Positions 46,101 to 55,868 are shown, counted from the stretch's first letter. The stretch: 64,000 nt of DNA from an uncultured Candidatus Saccharibacteria bacterium (GCA_964626705.1 CAZVGL010000001.1:87643-151642); one strand, 5' to 3'. The notes: a model not told the origin generated them from the sequence alone. Numbers and translations: made by a program.

Positions 46101-47303
46101 TTATTTTAAACAATTAATTATTGTATTTACATCATTTTTTGTAAGTTCAGGATAATTACCACAATAAAAACCATTTTCGTGTAGAAAATCTGCATTTGGT
46201 AAATCAAATGTTTCCTCCACATATTTTTTATAGAATGGTTGCTTTTGTATATTGCCAGCAATCATTGGCCGTACTTCAATACCTGCGTCTGAAAATCTTT
46301 TCACATATTTTTCTCTTAGTTTAGGAGTTTTACATATTATAGGTGTTGCAAATGGAGATAGTGAACGTATATGCCCATGTTCTAATGGTATTATATCGAC
46401 ATTGTTTTTCATAGCTTTTTCTATTTGCAGGAAGTTTTTTAGACGTTTGTTAATGTTTTTGTCTAGGAATTTAAGTTGAGTTAACCCAAGAAACCCTGTT
46501 ATTTCAGTAGGACGAACATTGAAAGCTAGGTCATAAAATATATATTTGGACTCAAACTCTGATCCGATATTGTATTTTTTACGCCATTTCTTTTGTTGTT
46601 TAAGCGACAGGTCTCTGTCCCAACCATTTGCTCTCACTATACGAAGCATTTCCGCAAGATCGTTGTCATTAGTACACACCATACCTCCCTCTATTGTAGA
46701 CATATGGTGTGCTACAAAAAAAGAAAAACTTGATCCTATCCCAAAATTTCCGGTTTTATTTGTTTTAAGCTTGGTTCCGAGAGCTTCACAGTTATCTTCA
46801 ATAAGAATAATCTTGTTTGTTTTACAAATCCTTTTTATTTTTTCCAGATCACCTGAAAACCCCAATGCATTAGTTATAAAAAGAGCTTCAAGTTTCTTTT
46901 TTTTGAGGCTGTCTGTCAAGTTATTAGACATGACATTAAGTGTTTCTACATTGCAGTCAATAACAACTGGTTTCATTCCAAGCTGGATTATTGGCATTAC
47001 GTTCGTTGCCCATGTAAGGGCAGAGAAGCCGACCGAGTCACCGTCTTTTAGTTTGCCAAGATTTTTGAGCGCTTGTAACATTGCCAAATTTGCACTACCA
47101 CCACTATTAAAAAGCACAGCCTCTTTACGGTCTTGTTTTTTAGCAAAAGCTTTCTCAAATTTTGTACAGGTATTACCCATACTTAGTTTATCTGTTTTTA
47201 ATATAAAATCAGCTAGGGCTTTTTTTGTTGCACGTTCATTTAAGAACGCGTTTTTCATCAGGGGTATCATTTTTAGTTTATTTATAAATTCTTCTTGTAC
47301 CAC
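46101..47303 (-). CDS. colD: GDP-4-keto-6-deoxy-D-mannose 3-dehydratase (ColD-like; DegT/DnrJ fold with His replacing the PLP-lysine)
   Basis: The motif SFFVAHHMSTIEGG aligns with the DegT family SFHxxKxxxxEGG with His at the Lys position. Strong block matches to E. coli ColD as I recall it (ILIEDNCEALG, FNSGGSANLAMLQAL, IEVRPMIAGN). There is no E1-type Fe-S Cys cluster. Confidence 0.75.
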   Translation of the reverse strand: MVQEEFINKLKMIPLMKNAFLNERATKKALADFILKTDKLSMGNTCTKFEKAFAKKQDRKEAVLFNSGGSANLAMLQALKNLGKLKDGDSVGFSALTWATNVMPIIQLGMKPVVIDCNVETLNVMSNNLTDSLKKKKLEALFITNALGFSGDLEKIKRICKTNKIILIEDNCEALGTKLKTNKTGNFGIGSSFSFFVAHHMSTIEGGMVCTNDNDLAEMLRIVRANGWDRDLSLKQQKKWRKKYNIGSEFESKYIFYDLAFNVRPTEITGFLGLTQLKFLDKNINKRLKNFLQIEKAMKNNVDIIPLEHGHIRSLSPFATPIICKTPKLREKYVKRFSDAGIEVRPMIAGNIQKQPFYKKYVEETFDLPNADFLHENGFYCGNYPELTKNDVNTIINCLK

Positions 47304-48217
47304 TTATATGTTAATTCTACCCCTTTGTCAAGAGAAGTTTTATGTTTCCATCCTAATTTACTGAGTTTTGATACATCGAGCAGCTTTCTTGGTGCACCGT
47401 CTGGTTTTGTAGTATCCCACACGATATCTCCTTCGTAGCCGGCTACTCTTTTTATAAGTTCAGCAAGATTTTTTATTGTAATATCTTCACCTGTTCCAAT
47501 GTTTAATATTTCCAAATCATCGTAATTCTCCATGACAAACATGCAAGCATCCGCAAGATCATCCACATAAAGAAACTCACGATATGCAGAACCGGTTCCC
47601 CACATTGTTACAGAAGGATCTTTAGAATTTTTTGCATTATCAAACTTCTTTATAAAAGCTGGTATGACGTGGGAGCTTTCCAAGTCAAAGTTATCACCAA
47701 CTCCGTATATGTTCGTAGGCATAACGCTAATAAAATTTAATCCATATTGTTTTTTGTATGCTTGGCATAGTTCAATACCAGCAATCTTTGCTATAGAATA
47801 TGCTTTGTTTGTTTCCTCTGGTTTACCTGTTAGAAAGCACTCTTCCTTCATTGGCTGTTCTGCTCGTCCTGGATACACGCAAGAGCTTCCTAAAAACAAA
47901 AGCTTCTTTACATTTGAAAGTCGAGCACTTTCAATTACATTGAGCTCAATAGAAAGGTTGTCACGAATAAAGTCTGCAGGGTACGTTTTGTTTGCCATAA
48001 TACCACCTACTTTTGCCGCAGAGAGGAATACAAATTCAGGTTTTTCTTTCATAAAAAACTCTAAGACATCTTTTTGGTTTGTTAGGTCGAGTTCTTTTCG
48101 TGTACGTGTGACTATGTTCTCAAAACCTTTTTTTTCTAAAAGTCGTACTATGGAAGAACCAACAAGACCTTTGTGTCCTGCAACATAAACCTTTGATTTT
48201 TTATTCATTTTTTCCAT
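47282..48217 (-). CDS. GDP-L-fucose synthase / GDP-L-colitose synthase family (Fcl/ColC, GMER)
   Basis: VYVAGHKGLVGSS..AAKVGGI..YPADFI..LLFLGSSCVYP..KPDGAPRKLLD is collinear with Fcl; length 311 aa. Confidence 0.9.
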   Translation of the reverse strand: MEKMNKKSKVYVAGHKGLVGSSIVRLLEKKGFENIVTRTRKELDLTNQKDVLEFFMKEKPEFVFLSAAKVGGIMANKTYPADFIRDNLSIELNVIESARLSNVKKLLFLGSSCVYPGRAEQPMKEECFLTGKPEETNKAYSIAKIAGIELCQAYKKQYGLNFISVMPTNIYGVGDNFDLESSHVIPAFIKKFDNAKNSKDPSVTMWGTGSAYREFLYVDDLADACMFVMENYDDLEILNIGTGEDITIKNLAELIKRVAGYEGDIVWDTTKPDGAPRKLLDVSKLSKLGWKHKTSLDKGVELTYKWYKKNL

Positions 48218-48223
48218 ATATTC

Positions 48224-49477
48224 TTATTCTACCAGATTATTTATTTTAAGCTGTTCTATAAAATCTTTTACTCTATGAAATGTCGTATGACTTTCAAACA
48301 CTTCACTCTGGGCTATTAAAGCACGCTCTATACCAATATCTGGATTATTTATAATCATTTCAAAATATTTTCTATATTCTTTTGGATTTTTAGCTACGAA
48401 CAGTGCTTTTTCTGAAAATAGTTTTGGTAGTATCTTTGCGTCGTCTATGATTTGTGGGACACCACATGCAGCAAGTTGGTATGTGCGTTCATTTACTTCA
48501 CACGCGGTATTTATTTGTTCTTCTAGATGTATATTTAATCCTATTTTACTTCGTGCGTAGACATATCTATCTCTGTCACGATTAAAATTAAAGTCTTTGA
48601 TTTGTTTCCAACCAGGTCCATCAATTAGTCCAGAATACTTTGAAACAATTGGAAGCATGTACTTAATATATCGCTTTGCTTTTGATTTGTTTGTAGATGC
48701 AATAAATGCATAGTTTGTATCTTTTTCTGTATCTGGAATAGTGTAGTAGTGAAGTATATTTGCACCAAAAGGTATAGATAAGGCCTTATAGCCAGCTTCA
48801 AAGAATGGTTTATATTCTTTTTGGGTATTTGTATAATCAATATCGCGGTAGTTGTAGTAAAAGCTAATTTTATGTTCTTTCGCCCAAATCAAGCGCTCTT
48901 TAAGCGGGGGATTGTTGTTTTCAGGAGATGCTGTTAGTCCTATACTTAGTTTATTGTTTTCTCTATATTTTGCTATAGCATCCCAATCAATCCTCTCAAG
49001 GTATGCTCTATAGTCGCTGGTTATAAATACATTTGGTTTAAATTCATCAAGAGCTTGTTTGGTGGAATCGTCCCAGCCGAGTATCCTCGTTGGTATCCCT
49101 ATAAACTTAAAACTCTCTGCGAAATTTGTAAAAAGTGAAAAACCTGCAGGTGATGAGTTTGACTCTGGAACATGAATAAGTATCCTTACATTACTTTTTC
49201 CAAGTAAGATATCTTTAAACTCTTTTTCTATTTTTTGTTTTAATTCATAGCCTTGTCTTACAAGTGGGTCATCGCTATTTAAATATAATTCTTCTTTTTC
49301 AAGAATGTCTTTCTTTTTAAGATTGTCTTCTGCTGTCCGTAATACTTCTTTGCGATTCAGCCACGTATTCTTATTGATTTTGCTTTCAAATGCAAACATA
49401 AACCAAAACGGATCTGGTTTACCTATAATTTTTTTTATAAAGTGTTTTATAAATCTTATGTTGTATTCAACGTTCAT
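48224..49477 (-). CDS. CgeB/DUF3880-like GT-B-fold protein (putative glycosyltransferase)
   Basis: The C-terminal EVNERTYQLAACGVPQIIDD is an EX7E-like motif; length 417 aa. Confidence 0.4.
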   Translation of the reverse strand: MNVEYNIRFIKHFIKKIIGKPDPFWFMFAFESKINKNTWLNRKEVLRTAEDNLKKKDILEKEELYLNSDDPLVRQGYELKQKIEKEFKDILLGKSNVRILIHVPESNSSPAGFSLFTNFAESFKFIGIPTRILGWDDSTKQALDEFKPNVFITSDYRAYLERIDWDAIAKYRENNKLSIGLTASPENNNPPLKERLIWAKEHKISFYYNYRDIDYTNTQKEYKPFFEAGYKALSIPFGANILHYYTIPDTEKDTNYAFIASTNKSKAKRYIKYMLPIVSKYSGLIDGPGWKQIKDFNFNRDRDRYVYARSKIGLNIHLEEQINTACEVNERTYQLAACGVPQIIDDAKILPKLFSEKALFVAKNPKEYRKYFEMIINNPDIGIERALIAQSEVFESHTTFHRVKDFIEQLKINNLVE

Positions 49478-49482
49478 ATTTT

Positions 49483-51300
49483 TTACTCCTTATTTATTCT
49501 ATGAAAATACGAATCTTTGTTTTTTAACATTTCAGAAGGTTTTCCGATTTCAACAATTCTATTTTTATCTATCACAGCAAGACTGTCAGCATTCTTAACT
49601 GTTGATGGACGATGAGCTATTATTATGACAGTTAATTTCCCACGTAGATTCTCTATAGTTTCTAATATGAGCGCTTGAGACTCATTATCAAGTGCACTTG
49701 TTGCTTCATCTAACACAAGTATCTTTGGATTACGTGCCAAGATCCTTGCAAGGACAATACGTTGACGTTGTCCTCCTGAGAGCCTTGTTCCACGTTCTCC
49801 CACCATTGTATCAAGCCCTTCATCTAGTGATTTAATAAAGTCGTGAATATTTGCCATTTCCATAGCACGATTCACATCTTCGTCGCTTATATCTTCAGAG
49901 TAAAAGGTTATGTTATTACGAACAGTGTCGTTTAGAAGAAAGATATCTTGTGATACATATCCTATGTTTTCCCGCCATTCTTTTGTATTGATCTCGCGTA
50001 TATCAGTCTTATCAAGAAGGATTTTTCCAGATTCTGGTTCTATAAGTCTTAGTAGTAGATCTACAATAGTTGTTTTTCCAGACCCAGATGGCCCAACAAT
50101 ACCAGTTATCTCACCTTTTTTTACAGTAAGGTTTATGTTTTGGAGAGCAGGGTCTTTTTTGTGATAAGAGAAAGACACATCTTCAAATGTTATAGCGTCA
50201 CTGAGTTTAAAAGGAGTTGTTCCAGTATTTTTTTCTTTATTTATTTTTGTTTCTTCTTCATACTCCATAACAGTTTTTAAAAATGGGTAGTGTTCATTTA
50301 GTGTATGAAGTTGCCCTTGCCCTTGTTGTATATAAGCAAATATTTTATTGATGGAATATATGACCACAGCAAAAGTCGCAAATGCAAATCCCGCAGTAGT
50401 GTGAGAAAATGCAAATAGAATAAGTATCAAAAGTATAGCGATAGGTTGCATTGCAGCGTTCGTAAAGATTGAGAGAGTTGCTATTTGTATTGTCAGCTTC
50501 TTCCATTTTTCAAATATATTTTGTGCTTTATCTGCAATCTTGTCTTCAACAGACATTGCTTTAAGTGTTTTTATTCCTGTCATGCTTTCGTTTATAAGGT
50601 TTGAACCTTCTTTCATCACTAGACCGCTCTTATGTGCAGTAGCTCTTGAACGATGCACTAGTGGCTTGAATACAAAAAACATGACTCCTCCTGCAGAGAG
50701 TGTGGCTATTGTGATAATGACTGAGATATTAAGAGCTATGGTGCTGTATATGATCACATTTACAGCAAGGATCACTATGCCAGTAGTTAGGTTAAGAAGC
50801 ACTGCTCCGGAGTTAATGTCATAAGAGAGTATTTTCTCAAGATGTCCAATGCGTTGTTTGGAAAGGTACGTCCATGAAGCGTTCAGTGTGTGGTTAAGTA
50901 GTCTGACTCTTGTCTCTTTTACATATGAATTCATGATGTTCTCGGTAATATATCTAGAGAAAAAAGTCGCAAATGCTTTAAATATAAAAATTATTGCGAT
51001 AAATATCAAAACATAATTTAATGCAAAAGGTATGTGGAATACGTCAAATACACCACTGATTGTTTTAGTGATTATGTTTGTTGAAGCACCACCGTCTTCA
51101 GCAAGAAAAGAGAAAAGAGGAATGATAGCTGTTATCCCGATACCTTCTAGTATACCACTTAGAAAACCAAGCCCTAAAAGGACTATTATTTTTTTTCTAT
51201 ATCCGGCAAAAGCTTTGTTTGTAAGACGAAATATCGCAATGAAGCGATTCTCGGCGAAAAATCCACCTTTATTTTTTTGTTTTGTTATAGTAGTTTCCAC
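49483..51300 (-). CDS. ABC exporter, fused TMD-NBD (MsbA/PglK-like; candidate lipid-linked glycan flippase)
   Basis: Six N-terminal TM helices, Walker A GPSGSGKTT, signature LSGGQRQRIVLAR and Walker B ILVLDEATSALD. Confidence 0.9.
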   Translation of the reverse strand: METTITKQKNKGGFFAENRFIAIFRLTNKAFAGYRKKIIVLLGLGFLSGILEGIGITAIIPLFSFLAEDGGASTNIITKTISGVFDVFHIPFALNYVLIFIAIIFIFKAFATFFSRYITENIMNSYVKETRVRLLNHTLNASWTYLSKQRIGHLEKILSYDINSGAVLLNLTTGIVILAVNVIIYSTIALNISVIITIATLSAGGVMFFVFKPLVHRSRATAHKSGLVMKEGSNLINESMTGIKTLKAMSVEDKIADKAQNIFEKWKKLTIQIATLSIFTNAAMQPIAILLILILFAFSHTTAGFAFATFAVVIYSINKIFAYIQQGQGQLHTLNEHYPFLKTVMEYEEETKINKEKNTGTTPFKLSDAITFEDVSFSYHKKDPALQNINLTVKKGEITGIVGPSGSGKTTIVDLLLRLIEPESGKILLDKTDIREINTKEWRENIGYVSQDIFLLNDTVRNNITFYSEDISDEDVNRAMEMANIHDFIKSLDEGLDTMVGERGTRLSGGQRQRIVLARILARNPKILVLDEATSALDNESQALILETIENLRGKLTVIIIAHRPSTVKNADSLAVIDKNRIVEIGKPSEMLKNKDSYFHRINKE

Positions 51301-51499
51301 GTTTTTATATACTGTGTATTATAGTTGAAATTCAAGAAAATACCCAGCTTTATACTACCTGATATAACTACTTGTATGTAAATATGTTTCTTGACAAGCC
51401 AGTATTAATATGTTAATTTCCCTTCAGTTAGTCCGTCACAAAAGTGGCTTTTACATACAGTCGAAACATTTATTTTGAAAAAAAGAGGAGGATTAATTA

Positions 51500-52246
51500 A
51501 TGGAAAATGGTGTTATTTTAGTAACGACAGTTTCTGGAAAAAGTCTCGATGAATTAAGAATAAAGCTTGCGTTGAAGATGATAGGTGAAGTGGTAAAGCA
51601 TGGTTATAGGATTGTCGTAGTTGATGGTTCGCCGATTGATAGTGATATAGATGATGCATTAAAAAGTGCTGGCTGTGGTCTGATTCACTATGAACGTGAA
51701 ATTAAAAAAGGTATGGGAGCTTCACGACGACAGTGTATTAGGAAAGCTCTTGAGTTAGGTGCGAAGATCGTGATATGGCTTGAACCGGAGAAATACACAG
51801 TAGTACAGTATCTCGCTAAGTGCGTTGAAGTAATGCTGGAAGATGGTTATGATATCGTTGTACCATTTAGAGAGACTCTGGACTCATATCCAGATTATCA
51901 ACACTCGTCCGAATTGCGTGCCAGTAGGGAGATAGGAAGTATCATTGGAAGACATGATCTAGATACAATGTTTGGTCCGAGGGTTATGAGTAGAAAAGCG
52001 GCAGAATTATTTTTAAATTATGTCGGCGAAGAAGGTTACGATAACTGGGAAATACTCTTTATCCCAATTCTCTGGGCGATCAGAGACGGTATGAGTATCG
52101 GTTCCTGCGTTACCACTTATGTTCATCCGCCAGAACAGACTAAAGCTGAACAAGGGGATGAGTGGAATAGCAAGAGAGACAAGCAGCGCAGAAACATTGT
52201 AAAAACACTAAAAGCGGAAGCAAACAAGTGCGGAGCCCTTGCATGA
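51500..52246 (+). CDS. Divergent GT-A-fold (GT2-like) protein, hypothetical
   Basis: RIVVVDGSPIDSD and KGMGASRRQCIRKALELGAKIVIWLEPE resemble the GT2 core with EPE in place of DxD. Strong RBS AGAGGAGG. GC content is visibly higher than in neighbouring genes. Confidence 0.4.
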   Translation: MENGVILVTTVSGKSLDELRIKLALKMIGEVVKHGYRIVVVDGSPIDSDIDDALKSAGCGLIHYEREIKKGMGASRRQCIRKALELGAKIVIWLEPEKYTVVQYLAKCVEVMLEDGYDIVVPFRETLDSYPDYQHSSELRASREIGSIIGRHDLDTMFGPRVMSRKAAELFLNYVGEEGYDNWEILFIPILWAIRDGMSIGSCVTTYVHPPEQTKAEQGDEWNSKRDKQRRNIVKTLKAEANKCGALA

Positions 52247-52286
52247 GTTCTTTTAAGTTTTTAAATCAAAGTGGTATATAGAATAG

Positions 52287-52327
52287 GTCGCGAATTTCCA
52301 GTTGTATTTGGAAATTCGCGATTTTTT
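52287..52327. terminator. Bidirectional terminator between the 51500 gene and gmd
   Basis: TCGCGAATTTCCAG-TTGTAT-TTGGAAATTCGCGA followed by TTTTTT. Confidence 0.8.
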
Positions 52328-52342
52328 GTAGAAATATTTTTA

Positions 52343-53338
52343 TTATTTTATATTATGCACTTTCAAATCATCTTCAACCATGATTTTTACCAAGTCATCA
52401 AACTTTGTTTTTGGTTCCCATTTAAGTTTTTCTTTTGCTTTAGATATATCTGCAATAAGTGCATCAACTTCTGTTGGTCTGTAATAGCGTGAATCAATCT
52501 CTACATAATCTTCCCAATTAGAGATACCTACATGTTTAAAGGCTGTCTCAACAAACTCTTTTACAGAGTGCGCTTCACCCGTCCCTATAACATAGTCATC
52601 AGGTTCTTCTTGTTGAAGCATAAGCCATGCAGCCTCCATGTATTCAGGAGCATAACCCCAGTCACGACGAGCATCTAGGTTTCCAAGATATATTTTCTTA
52701 TCAAGACCTGCTTTTATGCGAGCTACACTTCGGGTTATTTTTTTTGTTACGAAGGTTTCACCGCGTCTTTCGCTTTCGTGGTTAAAAAGTATCCCATTCA
52801 CTGCAAATATACCGTAAGCTTCTCTGTAGTTTACTGTTGTATGATATGCGAAAACTTTTGCGCAACCGTACGGACTTCTTGGATGAAATACAGTGCTTTC
52901 ATTTTGTGGAGGTTTGGATGAGCCAAACATCTCACTTGATGACGCCTGATAAAACTTAATTTTTTTATCAGTCTGTTCTTGAAAATCTTTTATAGCTTCT
53001 AATATGCGGATTGTCCCAAGGCCTGTTATGTCAGATGTGTACTCTGGAGCGTCAAAAGATATCCTCACATGTGATTGTGCGCCAAGGTTATATATTTCAT
53101 CTGGTTTAATATCAAAAATCAACTTTCTTATATTTCCTGCATCTGAAAGATCACCATAGTGGAGAATAAACCGTGCATTTTCGATGTGCGGATCTTGGAA
53201 TAAATGATCAATCCTTTTTGTATTAAAAGTACTTGCACGACGAATAATCCCATGCACTTCGTAACCTTTTCCTAATAGGATTTCAGATAAATATGATCCA
53301 TCTTGTCCTGTAATTCCTGTAATTAGTGCTTTTTTCAT
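52343..53338 (-). CDS. gmd: GDP-mannose 4,6-dehydratase
   Basis: The N-terminus [33 protein letters not shown] is a GMD hallmark; length 331 aa. Confidence 0.93.
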   Translation of the reverse strand: MKKALITGITGQDGSYLSEILLGKGYEVHGIIRRASTFNTKRIDHLFQDPHIENARFILHYGDLSDAGNIRKLIFDIKPDEIYNLGAQSHVRISFDAPEYTSDITGLGTIRILEAIKDFQEQTDKKIKFYQASSSEMFGSSKPPQNESTVFHPRSPYGCAKVFAYHTTVNYREAYGIFAVNGILFNHESERRGETFVTKKITRSVARIKAGLDKKIYLGNLDARRDWGYAPEYMEAAWLMLQQEEPDDYVIGTGEAHSVKEFVETAFKHVGISNWEDYVEIDSRYYRPTEVDALIADISKAKEKLKWEPKTKFDDLVKIMVEDDLKVHNIK

Positions 53339-53430
53339 ATGATGCTTAATATAACCACAAGTATATCAGGTTAGTTTCTAATACCAAACGTAAATTTGTG
53401 AGACTTATATATAGTGCTATAATATTCAGA

Positions 53431-55647
53431 ATGAATAAAATACTAAAATATGCGTTACTTATAGGCATATTCCTAATACCTTTTATACCGTTTGTAATTT
53501 CTGACACTATGTTTTTTCCGTTTATTACGGGGAAGAATTTTGCTTTTAGGATTTTAGTAGAACTTCTATTAGGCGGATGGGCAATACTTGCTGTATTTGA
53601 TAAAGCATATCGACCTAAATTCTCTTGGCTTTTAATATCTATATTGTCTTTTGTTAGCATTATCGCTATTGCAGACATATTCGGCGCAAACCCATTTAAG
53701 AGTATTTGGTCAAACTTCGAAAGAATGGAAGGACTGCTTACATTAGTACATCTTCTCGGATACTTTGTTGTTGCAGGTTTGATGTTGAACACTGAGAAGC
53801 TTTGGAATTGGTTCTGGAATACAACAGTTGCAGTGAGTGCGATCATTGGTATCTATGGTTTGTTGCAACTTGCAGGGAAGATCACAATCAACCAAGGTGG
53901 AGTGAGGCTTGATGCTACACTCGGCAATGCGTCTTATTTAGCTATTTACATGTTATTTCATGTGTTCATAACAGCGTTTCTATTGGTAAGATGCCTGCCC
54001 GCCAAACATACTGATGGGTATGTGGCGGGGCGTGGTGCATCATGGGTAAGATATCTTTACAGTGCTGTAATAATCTTACAGCTTGTGATTCTTTACTTTA
54101 CAGCAACAAGAGGCGCACTCATTGGAATAGTTGGTGGAATATTTTTAACCACATTACTTATCGCACTTCTTGAGAAGAAAAGAAAAAGACTTCGAAAGTT
54201 GTCGATCGGTATTTTAGCAATCGTTGTGGTCTTTACTGGAATATTTTTCTTAGTAAAAGATGCAGAATTTGCAAATAAAAGTGGAACACTTGGTCGTCTT
54301 TCGTCTATCTCATTAGAGGAAGGAGCGACTCGCTTTACTATTTGGGGTATGGCTCTACAGGGTGTGAAAGAACGTCCATTACTCGGGTGGGGGCAAGAAA
54401 ACTTTAACTTTGTATTTAATAAATATTACGAACCATCTCTTTATGCACAAGAACAGTGGTTTGATAGGGTGCACAACATCTTTTTCGACTGGCTTATAGC
54501 GGGAGGTATTTTAGGTTTTCTTGCGTATATTTCTATACCAATATTCATGCTTTATTATTTATGGCGTCGGCTTGAAATAGATCTTTCCGTTACAGAAAAA
54601 AGCATATTCACCGGTTTGCTTGCGGGTTATTTCTTCCACAATATGTTTGTTTTTGACAATATTATAAGCTACATCTTATTCTTCTCTGTTGCTGCGTATA
54701 TATACACACATTCGACTGTGATACGAAAGAAAGGTATAGCAATGGGTGATGAAGAATTGGGAAGCAGGAGTGGAGATGGCATGAAGAGAGTTGCTGTGTC
54801 GTTTATTATTGTAGCAGTAATCTTCTCTCTATACTTCTTTAATATAAAAGGTATGGCAACTGCGAAAGATATTATTAGGAGTATCTCACCACAAACAGGA
54901 GGTGTGGATGTAAATATAGCAAGTTTTGAAAAAGCGGCATCATATGATGTTGTTGGTAAGCAAGAGATAGCAGAACAGATGGTAACCACAGCGCTTAATG
55001 TAAGAGGTCAAAATGCAGACATAGAAATACAAACAAAGTTTTTTGAACTAGCAAATAAAGAGATGTCAGCTCTTATTGAAGAAGTGCCAAATGACGCACG
55101 ATTACGTATCTTCTACGGAGCATTCTTAACTCAGTTTAATTTATATGACGAAGCTCTACCTCATCTTAAAAAAGCGGTTGAGCTTTCCCCAAATAAACAA
55201 ACTATCAGGTTTGAGCTCGGTACAGCATATCTGAACTTAGGGGAGCTTGATAAAGCACTTGAGATTTTCAAAGATGCTTATGAGCTTGATACTAATTTTA
55301 AAAATGCAGAGATAATATATAGGGTGGGTGCTATATACGCTAATAAAGAAGCGCAAGTAGATGCTGTGCTCGGACCTATTTCAGACGAGGACAGAACAGA
55401 AGGTAGGATTATAAATGCATATACACGTGCGGGAAGAGTAGGTGATGTCGTTAAGTCCTGGGAGCTTTCTGTAGAAAAGAACCCTGAAAACCCACAGTTT
55501 CATATATCATTAGCTGCAGCATATCTGCAAGTAGGTAGAAGAAGTGAGGCTGTAGATGAGATACAAAAAGCAATAGACTTAGATCCAAACTTTAAAGAAC
55601 AGGGAGAATTTTTCATAAAAGAGATAAAAGCAGGAAGAAATCCATAG
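53431..55647 (+). CDS. Wzy_C/O-antigen-ligase-family polytopic membrane protein with a C-terminal TPR-repeat domain (candidate glycan ligase or O-oligosaccharyltransferase)
   Basis: About 11 TM helices over the first ~430 aa, then TPR repeats (..ALPHLKKAVELSPNKQ..LGELDKALEIFKDAYELD..). I preferred the ATG at 53431, which has a TATAAT box 8 nt upstream, over the GTG at 53398. Confidence 0.7.
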   Translation: MNKILKYALLIGIFLIPFIPFVISDTMFFPFITGKNFAFRILVELLLGGWAILAVFDKAYRPKFSWLLISILSFVSIIAIADIFGANPFKSIWSNFERMEGLLTLVHLLGYFVVAGLMLNTEKLWNWFWNTTVAVSAIIGIYGLLQLAGKITINQGGVRLDATLGNASYLAIYMLFHVFITAFLLVRCLPAKHTDGYVAGRGASWVRYLYSAVIILQLVILYFTATRGALIGIVGGIFLTTLLIALLEKKRKRLRKLSIGILAIVVVFTGIFFLVKDAEFANKSGTLGRLSSISLEEGATRFTIWGMALQGVKERPLLGWGQENFNFVFNKYYEPSLYAQEQWFDRVHNIFFDWLIAGGILGFLAYISIPIFMLYYLWRRLEIDLSVTEKSIFTGLLAGYFFHNMFVFDNIISYILFFSVAAYIYTHSTVIRKKGIAMGDEELGSRSGDGMKRVAVSFIIVAVIFSLYFFNIKGMATAKDIIRSISPQTGGVDVNIASFEKAASYDVVGKQEIAEQMVTTALNVRGQNADIEIQTKFFELANKEMSALIEEVPNDARLRIFYGAFLTQFNLYDEALPHLKKAVELSPNKQTIRFELGTAYLNLGELDKALEIFKDAYELDTNFKNAEIIYRVGAIYANKEAQVDAVLGPISDEDRTEGRIINAYTRAGRVGDVVKSWELSVEKNPENPQFHISLAAAYLQVGRRSEAVDEIQKAIDLDPNFKEQGEFFIKEIKAGRNP

Positions 55648-55664
55648 AGGTAGAAGGTAAAAGA

Positions 55665-55693
55665 AAATACCGCCGTGAGGCGGTGTTTTCTTA
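55665..55693 (+). terminator. Rho-independent terminator
   Basis: AAAATACCGCC-GTGA-GGCGGTGTTTTCTT. Confidence 0.8.
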
Positions 55694-55868
55694 GACTTTC
55701 GTTAGAGCCACTCTAAAGTGGCACTCACATAGGTAGTATAGCAAATATTAGAAAATAGTCAAGTTTTTTATATGTGCTAAAATATAAGCATGTATAAACA
55801 GTCCTGTCTCGTAACAATATAGGACACATAAATAATGTGTTTCAAGGTTAGTGTAAATAAATACTTAC

